A stretch of DNA of 63,912 bases, counting the filler, from Reclinomonas americana ATCC 50394 (taxonomy: Eukaryota), in assembly GCA_048213135.1 (NCBI GenBank). It is 5 parts of 2 records of this genome, joined end to end, with 100 filler letters (N's around TTAATTAATTAA, not from the genome) between each part and the next. Parts side by side here need not be neighbours in the genome. Positions count along the whole stretch, not along the records: positions 1 to 30,497 come from PS015059.1; positions 30,598 to 52,961 come from PS015059.1; 3 more parts are not named here. One strand, 5' to 3'. A program made the position numbers and the translations under genes. The notes under the pieces were generated by a model, which was not told the DNA's origin, did no database searches, and saw nothing but the letters and a program-made list of their open reading frames with translations. Positions 23,236 through 35,900 of this stretch are shown piece by piece (position 1 is the first letter of the stretch; each line of letters starts with the position of its first letter).

Positions 23236-25670
23236 CTATATGCATTGCACTCCAGACGGTGAGACCACGCGCTTTGACTGCGCAAATTGTTCCTGACGCT
23301 TGCGCCACGATCGTCGCGCCCGTTGATCGATCTTGTCCTGCACGGCCAGATACACAGAGAGCGCGTCGCGCAGCGGCACTGTCGTCGCGCGCACAATGTC
23401 GTCGACTCCGAATATCGCCGACAAGTCGGCGTCGTCGGGCAGCTCGTCGACTGCGAGCCACAAAGTGAGCGCACGCAATTTTCTTCTGTACAATTAGAGC
23501 AGCGGATTGTCACGCAACTGCCGCACTCGAGACGACGCAAGAGAGGCATGCCCTCCAGAATCGCCAGATTGCCCTTGGGGCCAATCAGATCGTGCGTTTG
23601 ATGCATTTCCGAGCTCCCCACTGCCAACAAAAAAACAACAAGTGAGTTTGAAGAACTCTTTTCCTCCGTCGCACATGACGACGCACAGGCAATGGCCAAT
23701 TCGTGCAGTTGCGGCAGCCCCTCTGCCACCATGACTGCTCCTTCCGACGTGAGGTTGCAGTCTGCGTCCATCACTCGTCAGCACGCGCGACCTCAGATCA
23801 CCGACACCTGCGACCCCACTCACCCAACACGTGCAACACGCGCAATCTCCTGCCCGACCGCACAATCGACTCGATTCCACTGTCCCCGATATCGTTGGCT
23901 GTGCGCACAGGAGATATTGGGAAACTGTGGAGGGAAACGACAAAAGAGAGCTCACTAACCACTGATCCGCAGCTCTGTCACCACATTGCCGAGCCCCTGA
24001 CAAAGGACGCCCGCCAACTCCGCCTTCAGGGAGCAGTCTGCACGCCGAGAAAGAGTAATTCAGCAGCACGCAGCAATCGACGGAGATGAGTTCTTTTCCG
24101 CGCAACTGCTGACATCCAGGAACTCGAGTTTCCCACAGTACTCGACAATGGCGTCGATTGCCGCCCGGTTCAGTGTGTGATCTGCAACGCGCATGCAAGC
24201 GAGTCAGCCCCCCACGATTGCTGCGCCACCGTTCGCCCCCCTTCGCCATTGCACACACGCAACAGGAGATGTCCAGGTACACCAGCTGCTCAAACACGCC
24301 CAGCTGTCCGGCCGTCCACAGCCGCTCCACAATCTCGTCCTTGGTCAGCGTGTCGTCGGTCGACGCACCACCAATATCCGCCCGCACAAGCGGCACTCCC
24401 GCCAGCAATCCATGCCGCAGCGACGACGTCCCAAAACCCAAGCGCACAAACGCACGCGGAAGTCGCGTCTGCGTCGACACTCGCGGACTGACCATCATGT
24501 GCCGACTGGCACGACGTCGCCTGCCCTGGCGGATCATCGACGCCGACGGCAGTGGCACCACAGAGACGTTGGAGGTGTCGGCCACCGCCGGTGCGCACAG
24601 CTCCATCACCAGTCGGCCGGAGTGTGGCCATGCGGTGATCCACTGGGCGCCACTCACGGCAAATGTCACTTCTTCGGCGTCGACCAGCACCCAGTCGCCC
24701 GAGTGGAGCACGGCAGGAGAGTGCTCGGCGTCGTCGTCGACGGGGGAGCTGGGAGGGGGAGGGAAGGGAAGGGTAAGGGAGGGGAAGGGAAGGGGAAGGG
24801 GAAGGGGAAGGGAAGGGAGGGGAGGGAAGGGGAAGGGAAGGGAACGGAGTGCAAAGTATGGAAGGGCAAAGGAGGGGCATAAAGCGATGAAGGGTGATCA
24901 TGAAGCGCTTCAGACTCAATGGGTGCGTGTAACCAGTGAGAAAGAGTTTGGAGGAAAGAGGGGAGAAAGCAGAGCGAAAGGTGACGCCTAGAACCGGCAA
25001 ACACGACAACTCAGGCGACAACTTGGGCACCTCGACTCAAAGGAACGTGCAATAGTGTACGTGAGAAGGTGGTGCGGGAGTAGGGAGAGTGAGAGAGTGT
25101 GTATGTGCGGGGAAGGAAAGAAAGAGTGGGAACTGACAAACGCGACAGCTAAGGCGACAACTCGGGCGATTCAACTCAAAGAATGCGTGTGATCAGTGTG
25201 TACGGGAGTGTGTGTGTGTGAAAGAGAGGGAATAAGTACGAGGGGGTGAGTGAGGCAGAGTGAGATACAGCACAGTGAGGCCGTGACAAAGAGAAACAAG
25301 CGCGCCTTATCTCTCAGAAGCACAACATGAGTGAGTAAGAGTGTGCGTGTAAGTGAGTGAGAGAGTGTGAGAGAGTGATCGCACGCGCCCGATATCAATC
25401 ACTCAACTCCTTCTCTCCCCGCGACTTTTGCTGCGCGACAATATGCCGATCACAAGGCGTACACACACGCCCCACGACGCTGACAAACGCCGGGTCCCAC
25501 TGATGTCCGTTGTTGTCACGCGCGGATTTGCTCAGAGCGAGTGAGAGACGGTTGACCGCGGCCGTTGTGGCCGACACTGCGTCGTGAGAGTTATAGTGGT
25601 GGAGGCTGCGTGGCGGTCCGAGAGAGCGCTCTAGATTGGGTGTGTCGTGCCGAGTGGCACAGCAGCCCAT
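23236..25670 (-). CDS. RNI-like leucine-rich-repeat protein with probable N-terminal MGCC acylation motif
   Basis: Spliced LRRs LVYLDIS|YHTLNRAAIDAIVEYCGKLEFLDVS|NCSLKAELAGVLCQGLGNVVTELRISG, then LTSEGAVMVAEGLPQLHELAI. The upstream exon starting MGCCAT (ATG 25670) is linked by inference only. Confidence 0.6.
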
Positions 25671-26370
25671 TTTGCTTTCTCTTTCCTCTCTCGCACAATG
25701 AGTCGAAAAAGATACTGGTGCCGGACACCACTTGTATTTCCCGCTTTCTGCGACAATGGAGTGCGCTTGTGTTGCTTTTTCTGAATTTACACAGGCGTGC
25801 ATGGGAATGAGCTTTCAAGCGAACCTCGACACGGCTTCTGTGCGGCAGTGAAAGGCATCGGGACAGCAGCAACAGTGTCCGTTTTAGATTTCCCTCGGTG
25901 TTGAGATGGTCTTCGTCGACTTCAGAGAGCCCCGATCACCACAGCAGAGTACCGACCAGGTGGTTTGCTCTCCGAAGAGAGGAAGCCAACAGAAGCGAAC
26001 CGAAAGGAGAGGACACAATCGTCAGGGTGTCCTCGACTAATACTCTCCTCAGTAACATTCTGCAGGCTATCGTCTTAGGCCTCCGTTCACATATTGAATG
26101 CCTGGAAAAATGCAACACCAGTTTCATATTCCCTTCTCTTCGCTTTGGTGGACACACAGCCTCTTCGTCAGCGCAGCGATGCGATGCAGACCGCTGCTCT
26201 CGACTTGAGATGAGCACATACAAGAATTAGAGAAGACATCCATCGTCTTTGCTGTTGCACACTGGCGCCTTACCGTCTCCGACCAGCGGAAAGACTTCGC
26301 CTGCAGTGGCCATCGTCACGTCTCTCACTCCTCCGCCATTGCATCGTCTTTCTATCAAGTGGTGGTGGGT

Positions 26371-28864
26371 TTATTTCGCAGCACTCTTCCTCTTTGATCG
26401 CGACTTGCTTGACGACTTGCTGCTGCTGTTCTCGCCTGCGCCGTCGGTGTCGTCGCCCAGCACAATCGGGTCGTCGCTGTGGGCGCCCTTCTTGCGCCGC
26501 TTGACCTCGACGGGCGGCGCTTCCTCGAGCTCCACCACATCGTCGTCGCCACTCTCCTCGCGTTGTCGCTTCTTTGACGAGCGTCGCTTGCTTGACGGCT
26601 GCTGCTGCTCCTCCTCCTCCCCGGCCGCCACCACCTCCACCACCTCCTCCACCTCCTCCGCGACCAAGGGCGTAGGCAGGGTAAACGCTTGCGGATCGCC
26701 TCCAAAGTGACTCTCGATCCACTGCTTGCGCGCCAACATGTCCGTCGGTAGGTACACGAGGCGGCTGAGCAGGGTAGGAGCGTGCACCACCCAGCCTGGA
26801 TCGCTCACCGACACCAATCTGCCACCGTGTGTCAGTCACACACACCACCAGCCTTCTCTCATGTGGCACGGACTCACCCGTTGAGATCGTGCGCACTCTC
26901 CACCATAATGTCAAAGAGCCGCGGCGACGTCAGCACTTGCGCCGCGTACATGAACACCTCGCGGACCTTCATGATGTTGAACGAGTTGCGTGACACGTCG
27001 TTCTCTGCAGGGAAATAAAGGTACAGTGAGCAGTCTCTCGGCAAGTAATGCCAGGTGGAGATCAATGCCAATCGACTTGGCGCGTCACGAGAAAGAGGTA
27101 CACATGGAGACCGAGATCGAGAGAAAGTGACACAAACAACACAGATGTATACAGAGAGTAACAGAAGCAAACAGAGAGAGATACAAGCGCAGTGCGAGAG
27201 CGACTTATTTCAACCCTTTCTTCTCCTCCCATCTCTCCGATCATCCTCACCTGGATCATGCGGATCCTCGACGGACAGCAAGTACGGTCGCGAGAAATCG
27301 CTCCACCCGTGCGAGGCCTTGGAGTAGTAGCTGCCACCGTCGCGCGTGGAGATGCCCACCGAGTAGTAGTTGAAGTCGATGCCGAACTTTTGGAAGAACG
27401 TCAGCAGCAGATGACCGAGATTGCACTGGCCGGCCTCCAGGTGCTGCGTCTTGGTGAACATCTGAATGTGTGACACCACCATCAGGATGAGGGCGTACGA
27501 GCCGAGGCCGCCCGAGTACACCTCATTCAGGTTCTGCAACGACGACGATAAGCTGTCTGAGAAAGACACCATCGATTCACAGTCACGCAACTCGCTGCAG
27601 CAAAAAGTACTTGAGGAAGATGATGAGCGGTCGCATGGCGGGGTACTGCTGCAGGTAGTTGCGAACAAGCAGAATGTGCTCGGCACCGTTGGGCGTGTCG
27701 AAACTAATGTCGAGTTCCACCATGGTCTCGGCGTCCGTGAACTTGATGATTGGCACCTGCCGTCGTGACCGCAGTCAGTGTGCAACTCCCCCACAAAAGG
27801 GCGTGAAGGCAAGTGGTATAGTGACCTTGGCGCGCTCAATCAGCTTCATCTTGCTGGCAAATCCGTCGTACTCCAGGCGGTGGGCCAGGGCGCGGAGCGG
27901 ATTCACGCCCGACGCACCAAACACGCCCACATCCATGTCGCTGCTGGTCATGGCCAGGCCAGTGGCGTAGGAGCCGAAGACCTGCCGGTGGGGGGTAGCA
28001 GGCAAAGGGTGAGCAAGGCGCGCAGGAATGTGCGGGAGGGAAGGATAGAGTGCATATCACACTCGGCAGCAGCAAGGAATGTTCGCGCATCAAAGGCACA
28101 CCAAGACATTCACATGTGCCAATAAGAGATGACATCTCCCTCTTGTCAACATGATGCGTGCGAGCAAGTCACAAGAGCGAGCAGCAAGGAAAAAAGCAAG
28201 GAAACTTCGCCCATTCACGCGCAAGAGCCAGCAGCACAAGCAGCATGCAAGTGAAGAGAGCACACAATAAATCTACTCGTGTCAACGTGATGCGTGCGAG
28301 CAGGTCACACGAGCCAGCAGCAAGGATAGAAAGAGGCATATTATCACACAGCGAATCTCGCTCGCAGCAACGCATTGTGGGCAAGCAGAGCCAGCAGAAA
28401 ACAAGGGAAGCACGTGCCAAGAAAAAGCAAGAGATGACATCTCCCTCTTGTCAACATGGTGCGTGCGAGCAAGTCACAAGAGCGAGCAGCTCTGATACGA
28501 AGAGGCATATCGTCACAGCGAATCTCGCTCATAGCAACGCATTGTGGGCAAGCAACTCCGCAAGAGCCAGCAGAAAACAAGGATGACATTAACACGTGCC
28601 AAGAAAACACCAGACATCTGACGCCACCGTGCTTCTCACTCATGTCGACGTGATGCGTGCGAGCAAGTCACAAGAGACAGCAGCAGGCAGGGCAAGAGAG
28701 CTCACTCGCGTCAAAGCATTCCTCAAGGAACACAAGCCAGCAACTTGGACACGCGAATTATCTCACAAGAGTCGCAGCGAGCAGCACAACTGTGCACTCC
28801 TCTCTCTCTTTCTCTATGGGAGCGTGCGCATGTTTGCCTGTCTCTCTGTTTGTCTTTCCCGTTC

Positions 28865-28905
<41 letters not shown>

Positions 28906-29876
28906 TACACACACACACCTACCTACCTACCTCCTACCTCCTCCTACCTCCTACCCTACCCTACCCGTCCCGTCCCGTCCCGTACCCGACCCGTACCCGT
29001 ACCCGTACCCGTACCCGTACCNNNNNNNNNNNNNNNNNNNNNNNNNNNNNNNNNNNNNNNNNNNNNNNNNNNNNNNNNNNNNNNNNNNNNNNNNNNNNNN
29101 NNNNNNNNNNNNNNNNNNNNNNNNNNNNNNNNNNNNNNNNNNNNNNNNNNNNNNNNNNNNNNNNNNNNNNNNNNNNNNNNNNNNNNNNNNNNNNNNNNNN
29201 NNNNNNNNNNNNNNNNNNNNNNNNNNNNNNNNNNNNNNNNNNNNNNNNNNNNNNNNNNNNNNNNNNNNNNNNNNNNNNNNNNNNNNNNNNNNNNNNNNNN
29301 NNNNNNNNNNNNNNNNNNNNNNNNNNNNNNNNNNNNNNNNNNNNNNNNNNNNNNNNNNNNNNNNNNNNNNNNNNNNNNNNNNNNNNNNNNNNNNNNNNNN
29401 NNNNNNNNNNNNNNNNNNNNNNNNNNNNNNNNNNNNNNNNNNNNNNNNNNNNNNNNNNNNNNNNNNNNNNNNNNNNNNNNNNNNNNNNNNNNNNNNNNNN
29501 NNNNNNNNNNNNNNNNNNNNNNNNNNNNNNNNNNNNNNNNNNNNNNNNNNNNNNNNNNNNNNNNNNNNNNNNNNNNNNNNNNNNNNNNNNNNNNNNNNNN
29601 NNNNNNNNNNNNNNNNNNNNNNNNNNNNNNNNNNNNNNNNNNNNNNNNNNNNNNNNNNNNNNNNNNNNNNNNNNNNNNNNNNNNNNNNNNNNNNNNNNNN
29701 NNNNNNNNNNNNNNNNNNNNNNNNNNNNNNNNNNNNNNNNNNACGGACGACGACGACCAACCTAACGTTAGGTCGACCTACCCTCCCTTCCTTCCTTCCT
29801 TTCTTTCCTTACTTAGGTAGGGACGGTCGGTCGGCGCTAGTTGTTCGTCGTCGTCTCTCTTGTTCGTTCCTTCCTC

Positions 29877-29908
<32 letters not shown>

Positions 29909-30270
29909 CTCTCTCACACACACACACACCATTCCCTCTCCTCCCCATCCTCACCTCCACCGTCGCCCGCGGCCACACCGCCTTCACACTGCCCTCCAAC
30001 TTGCGCAGCACATGCATGCGCATGCGATCCTCGGCCGCACTCGGCGTCAGAAACGCCACGAAATCCAACAGCTCACGGTGCAACTTGACCGCCGGGTACT
30101 TGGACGAGTAGTTCTCCAGACGCACCCACGGCACGAGCTGCCACAGAGGCACAGTGGGGGACCGCCCAGGCGACACAACAGCAGGCACGTGCGCAGAGGG
30201 CGACTGGAAGGTGGCAAAAGGCGGGGCAAGTGCACGGGAGGCAGGCTCGTCGTCGTTCTCCTCGTCTGAT
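26371..30270 (-). CDS. PAPD5: Non-canonical poly(A) polymerase TRF4/PAPD5 (TENT4) family; 5'-partial
   Basis: LHRELLDFVAFLTPS..., catalytic VFGSYATGLAMTSSDMD, AKVPIIKF...LDISF, LKYFLLQRNLNEVYSGGLGSYAL, PAP-associated NLGHLLLTFFQKFG and LSVEDPHDPENDVSRNSF. Basic C-tail ending at 26371. Confidence 0.9.
28050..28790. repeat. Degenerate ~150-bp tandem repeat (~305-bp higher order) in TRF4 intron
   Basis: Core GTCAACRTGATGCGTGCGAGCAAGTCACAAGAG recurs near 28145, 28281, 28450 and 28644. AAGAGATGACATCTCCCTCTTGTCAACATG is identical at ~28124 and ~28429. Confidence 0.8.
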
Positions 30271-30541
30271 GGTGATTGATCGATGAGGAATGCGAGCGAG
30301 TGAATGAGAGTGAGTGAGCGAGTGAGTGAGAGAGTGTGTGAGTGAGTGTGAGAGTGAGAGCGAGAGAGAGAGAGAGAGAGTGAGTGAGTGAGTGAGTGTA
30401 TGTGTGTGAGAGTGAGAGTAAGTGAGAGAGTGTGAGTGTGTGTGTGTGTGCCTGTGTGCTTCTCTCTCTCTGTGTGTGTGTGTATGTGTGTGTGTGCNNN
30501 NNNNNNNNNNNNNNNNNNNNNNNNNNNNNNNNNNNNNNNNN

Positions 30542-30553
30542 TTAATTAATTAA
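30542..30553. other. Artificial contig-concatenation spacer TTAATTAATTAA (also 53006-53017, 56793-56804, 62554-62565)
   Basis: Identical palindromic all-frame stop 12-mer embedded in N runs four times. Confidence 0.95.
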
Positions 30554-30639
30554 NNNNNNNNNNNNNNNNNNNNNNNNNNNNNNNNNNNNNNNNNNNNGGG
30601 AAGGGAAGGGAAGGGGAAGGGGAAGGGAAGGGAAGGAAA

Positions 30640-30713
30640 GCGAGAGAGACGAACCACAACGCAGCATGACCGTAGGAGGACAGAGTGTGACGAGGGAGAA
30701 AAGATGGAGAGAT

Positions 30714-30753
<40 letters not shown>

Positions 30754-32110
30754 GATAACAATCATGTCTGAGTGCAACCAAACCTGGAGCCCACTTCAAG
30801 GGAAGGGTGCGATGGCGGCAACAAGGATGAGAGAAGAGATTAGAGACAGACAGACAGATAGACAGGCAGGCAAAAAAACAGACACCGTCATTGCCGCCGT
30901 GTCAATGGCTCGGAGGGAGTTGTGCACGCGGTCGGCTGCACTCACGTGCAACACTCGGTGCAGATGAGAAGGGGAGCAAGGACATCTCTGCACCTCTCTC
31001 AGATGGACAGAGAGACAGACAGAGTGTCGAGAGACGAGAACGATCATGCGGTACGCGCACCTCGAGAACGAAAGGAGGTAGGACGAGAGCGAACAAGAGC
31101 GTAGAAGCATGAGAGACATCAGACTGAATTCGCATGAATGCATGTATGCGAGCTCACCTCGCGCATCGACACACCACTCCCGGGATGAACGAGCTGTACG
31201 TATCGGTAAAGATCTCCGGCTCCACAATGGCGGGGATGGAGATCGACAGGAGCAGGATAACGGCCACACTGATGATCCACGTGATCACCAGACGCCGCTC
31301 ACTGACTAATCTCTCGGCCTTGCGCACCGCGTCCGGATCGCGTGGCAAGTACCGCGGTAGCGGTGCCGCCCCAACTCGATCACTGATCTGCGGCACCAAG
31401 CCCTCCGACGGCTTGGCCGAGAACGGCACCGAGTGCTCCAGCGGGCGCACACCAGCATCGCTGCGTCGCTTGGCCTCCAGCAACAACCGCGCGCGATTGC
31501 TCGAGTACAGCACACGCAAGCGCTCCGCACGCAGCGACTGCTCGACTCGCGATGGATGAGCAGGAGCGAGTGATAGTAGGCACAAGTGAGCAACGAAACA
31601 TGAGATCGCATGTTGCCGATGAATCCCCACATAGTCAGCATGGGAAACATGCACAAGCTGTTGTGTGCACACAGCGTGAATCACAACATAGCTCACCAAC
31701 AGTCGGGCGACACGAGACCACAACGCACTTGAGTGACACGCTGAGCAGCAGGTACCACATGCAAAAGGTCACAGCGAGATCCGCGAGAATCACCAACCAC
31801 GGACACCGCGGTCGCAGCACGGGCGACTTGCGGAACCAAAACCACATCTTCGCGTGCTTGATGGTCAAAGCGCGCGAAATTGAAAAGAACACACGCTGCG
31901 GTGTGAAAGAAACGCAACTACACTTGACACAAACATCACCAGCCCGCCAAGCCCAAAGAAGACACCGCTCACTGGGTACGTCCTTGGCCGCACATGAAGA
32001 AAAAAACACAAATTGAGCGAACTCTGTGTGTTGTCTCACTCACTCATTTAACTCTTGTGGGCTTACCATCCTTTGTACTGCTGCACAACAACCTCCAACC
32101 ATTGATCACA
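30640..32110 (-). CDS. Partial multi-pass membrane protein, GPCR-like / 7TM-RGS-type N-terminal half
   Basis: TM1 (TYPVSGVFFGLGGLVMFVSSV|MWFWF), basic loop RKSPVLRPRCPWLVILA, TM2, TM3 (LCMFPMLTMWGFIGNM)...LRAERLRVLY, TM4 (LVITWIISVAVILLLSISIPAIV). Truncated at the contig end. Confidence 0.5.
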
Positions 32111-32517
32111 ATCGCCAAGGACACTCAGTGGGGGGGGGGGGGGGCACGCGGTCAGCACACGGTGTAAAACACAAAAAGTAGGGGTACAGTACCCCAGGAA
32201 AAGGAAATTTCGAAAGAAGTTGAGCGAATGGTCGGGAGGGGTGGGTAAGAGCGAGGCAAGAGAAGAAGAGAGAGGGGGGACCAGAGAAGAGAGAAGAGAA
32301 AACACTTACCACACAGTTTGCTTCTGCGCATGGGAGAAAAAAGTGAGTTAGCCATCCGCCTCGTTCCACTATTCGCGTCCCCCACCCCGTCACACGCACA
32401 CGCACACACACACGTAGAGAGAGAGTGTGTGAAGGAAAGGAAGAGTTGCGACGAATTATGAAGCCACCAAATAAATCACCAGTCGACAGCTGCATCCTGC
32501 ATCCGGCAGAGAGAGAA

Positions 32518-32560
<43 letters not shown>

Positions 32561-32909
32561 NNNNNNNNNNNNNNNNNNNNNNNNNNNNNNNNNNNNNNNN
32601 NNNNNNNNNNNNNNNNNNNNNNNNNNNNNNNNNNNNNNNNNNNNNNNNNNNNNNNNNNNNNNNNNNNNNNNNNNNNNNNNNNNNNNNNNNNNNNNNNNNN
32701 NNNNNNNNNNNNNNNNNNNNNNNNNNNNNNNNNNNNNNNNNNNNNNNNNNNNNNNNNNNNNNNNNNNNNNNNNNNNNNNNNNNNNNNNNNNNNNNNNNNN
32801 NNNNNNNNNNNNNNNNNNNNNNNNNNNNNNNNNNNNNNNNNNNNNNNNNNNNNNNNNNNNNNNNNNNNNNNNNNNNNNNNNNNNNNNNNNNNNNNNNNNN
32901 NNNNNNNNN

Positions 32910-35900
32910 GAATCCAGATGCGGAAAAACATCGGATACAGTTATCGATCTGCTTCTTCACGTGCAGCAGTTCCCGCGCGATCGTCGCCGTTTCGTCACAC
33001 AACGACCCGAGAGAGAATGCGTTCCTCTCGCCATCCCGCGCAAGCATATGCAAGTGCGCCGACACGCCTCCATGCGTCACGCGCACGACACCGTTCGACA
33101 AGGTACACGGCACGATGCTCGCCAGTGCGTCCAAGTAGCTCAGCCAGCACTGCAGGTCCACCACATCCTCCTCTGGATCTGCCATACTTCTGGCGGCAAG
33201 CACCAGGGTGCTGAACTTGCCGCGCAGCTGTCGACGCAGAAAATTGGCGAAAAGCATCAGCCTGTCAACCGCATCAACCTCCTGTCGCAATAGCTTGCAA
33301 GGCAACGAGAAGTCGTAGTCGTCGCCACCATTGGCCACTTCCGCCAGCAAATCTGGCAGCAAATGATGTTGTAGGCAAACAACGATACAGACACTAACTG
33401 GAATCGAACACAACAAACCAGCAGGAATGATGGCATGCAAAGGGCAATACGCGAGCGCCGCTCGCAGTGAGCGCTCCAGTCCAAGTCGTCGTACACCACC
33501 ACCAGAGGCACCGGCGTGTGCTGCTGCGCCGCCGGATCCATGCTGGACGTCATCGGCCGTACACAGCAAATAGTCGACGAACCCAGCGGCAGTGAGATGC
33601 GCCTGCATCGGAGATGGCTTTGCAAATCGCATGTTGGTGGTCGCCATGTTTTCCATTAGCACACGGCGCTGCTGACAGGAGGCGCCATCCACTGGAGACG
33701 ACGACGGCGGCGTCCCCGAGCTGCAGTACTGTCGTGCCGTATGAACAACAACGGAGAGTATCTCAGACACCGCGTCGTCGAGTGCCTTCTCCGCTGCATG
33801 CATACTCTCCTCCAGCGACTCCGCATCACACGTCGCTGACCGTGACAGGTCGGCCGCCGTAGCGTGGGCAGCCCGTGCGAATTCTGGCGCGACGTACTTG
33901 GTGGCGGTCACCTGAGTTCGAATACCACATGAAGCCGCCTCACCAGCGGCGAGTACTGCTGGCAATTCAACCAGCCACTTGTCCTCGCGGTGCTCGACAT
34001 CCACAGCGGCGGCACCAGTTGCACTTGCTATCGCTTGAGAGAAGCTGGCCGCGTGGTGGTGTTGGAGCGCAGTCCGAGCGATTCGTTCCCGTCGCGCACT
34101 CATCGCGACACATCTACTCATCGCATTGGCGACTGGGACNNNNNNNNNNNNNNNNNNNNNNNNNNNNNNNNNNNNNNNNNNNNNNNNNNNNNNNNNNNNN
34201 NNNNNNNNNNNNNNNNNNNNNNNNNNNNNNNNNNNNNNNNNNNNNNNNNNNNNNNNNNNNNNNNNNNNNNNNNNNNNNNNNNNNNNNNNNNNNNNNNNNN
34301 NNNNNNNNNNNNNNNNNNNNNNNNNNNNNNNNNNNNNNNNNNNNNNNNNNNNNNNNNNNNNNNNNNNNNNNNNNNNNNNNNNNNNNNNNNNNNNNNNNNN
34401 NNNNNNNNNNNNNNNNNNNNNNNNNNNNNNNNNNNNNNNNNNNNNNNNNNNNNNNNNNNNNNNNNNNNNNNNNNNNNNNNNNNNNNNNNNNNNNNNNNNN
34501 NNNNNNNNNNNNNNNNNNNNNNNNNNNNNNNNNNNNNNNNNNNNNNNNNNNNNNNNNNNNNNNNNNNNNNNNNNNNNNNNNNNNNNNNNNNNNNNNNNNN
34601 NNNNNNNNNNNNNNNNNNNNNNNNNNNNNNNNNNNNNNNNNNNNNNNNNNNNNNNNNNNNNNNNNNNNNNNNNNNNGAAGGGTGGGAGGAGAAGTCAGCA
34701 AAGAAGCAGAGTGATAATGAACGGTGACGACAGATGGAAGACACTGTCAAGTGAGAGCGCCATGCAGTGTCATGAAGAAGCGCCAGATCAGAGAGACCAC
34801 CACCAAGACAAATACAAGCACATTCCCCACCATCGATAACAACAACAACAGCAGCAGCTGCAGCAACAACAACAACAGGTACAGCAACAACAGCAACAAC
34901 AGCAAACACACCAACAACCATCCACAACAACACAACCATGGTACCACCATCACCGACAACAACAACAGCAACACTACCACCAGCAGCAATAGCAAAAACG
35001 ACCAACAAGACAACATGTTAACAACAACAAAAATGAACAAGAGAAAACAACAACCGATTCAGAAAAACAACAAAACACTTCATTCACCACATTCCAATAA
35101 TGCGACAAATGTCCACAAATCCCTTGCCGACGCGGTCTTAATAACAATTGTACAAGAACAACAACAGCATCAATAACAACAACAAGAGCAAACAACTACA
35201 GACCGCATCGTGGCACTGGTGCACCAACACAATGCATGTGCACCACCAAACGACGTCAACACAAACAACAATAACCATGATAGAAGAGCATGCACCCACA
35301 CCGACTGCACTGATATTCGAATGATAACACATCGTAGCACACAATGGACAGCACCAAACACCAACACCAACACCAATTAATACAAGCAAGGATAGCGTTG
35401 ACACACAATCCCCCCCATATGCATAACAGCTAGCTATAGCTGCTTCTAGTTGAAGAAGGCACAGGAGACTTGTCACTGTGTGACAACAGGAGAAGAGTAT
35501 GGGAGAAGGAGTGACAGTTGTGAACTCTCTGCGCCAGTCCCCATCGATAAACTCACGCACATCTGTACGCGGCAAGTTGCACCGGCCTCGACAGTGTCAC
35601 CTTGTCGGCGGTGTTGGCACCTTTGTCGACGCCGCTGCTGCTGCTACCGCTACCGCCATCCACCGTCACGGCCACGGGCGTTCGTGCACCCGACGCCGAC
35701 TCGAGCGCAGCAGCAGACCCGCTTGCACTGGTACCATCAACGTCCATAATGTGCTCGTCCTCACCACCACTTCCCGCAGCAGTGTAGGATTGTACTTGTT
35801 GTTGTTGTTGTTGTGCACCACCACGACTGCCCTCAAGAATCTCAGCATCCACACCCGAATGTGAAAGCATGGGATCGTCACCACAGCCATCGTCGTCAAC

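Noticed and set aside
23486-23518. Additional A|GTTGCG donor candidate in the LRR gene
   Set aside because: No in-phase AG acceptor. A nearby GTGCGG donor fits the frame better, so it was not counted.
28050-28790. Repeat-spacer-like pattern suggesting CRISPR
   Set aside because: Units are degenerate along their whole length, lie in a eukaryotic intron, and no cas genes are present.
30542-30553. TTAATTAATTAA palindrome as a possible transposon target or regulatory site
   Set aside because: Identical 12-mer within N runs four times: an artificial six-frame stop spacer.
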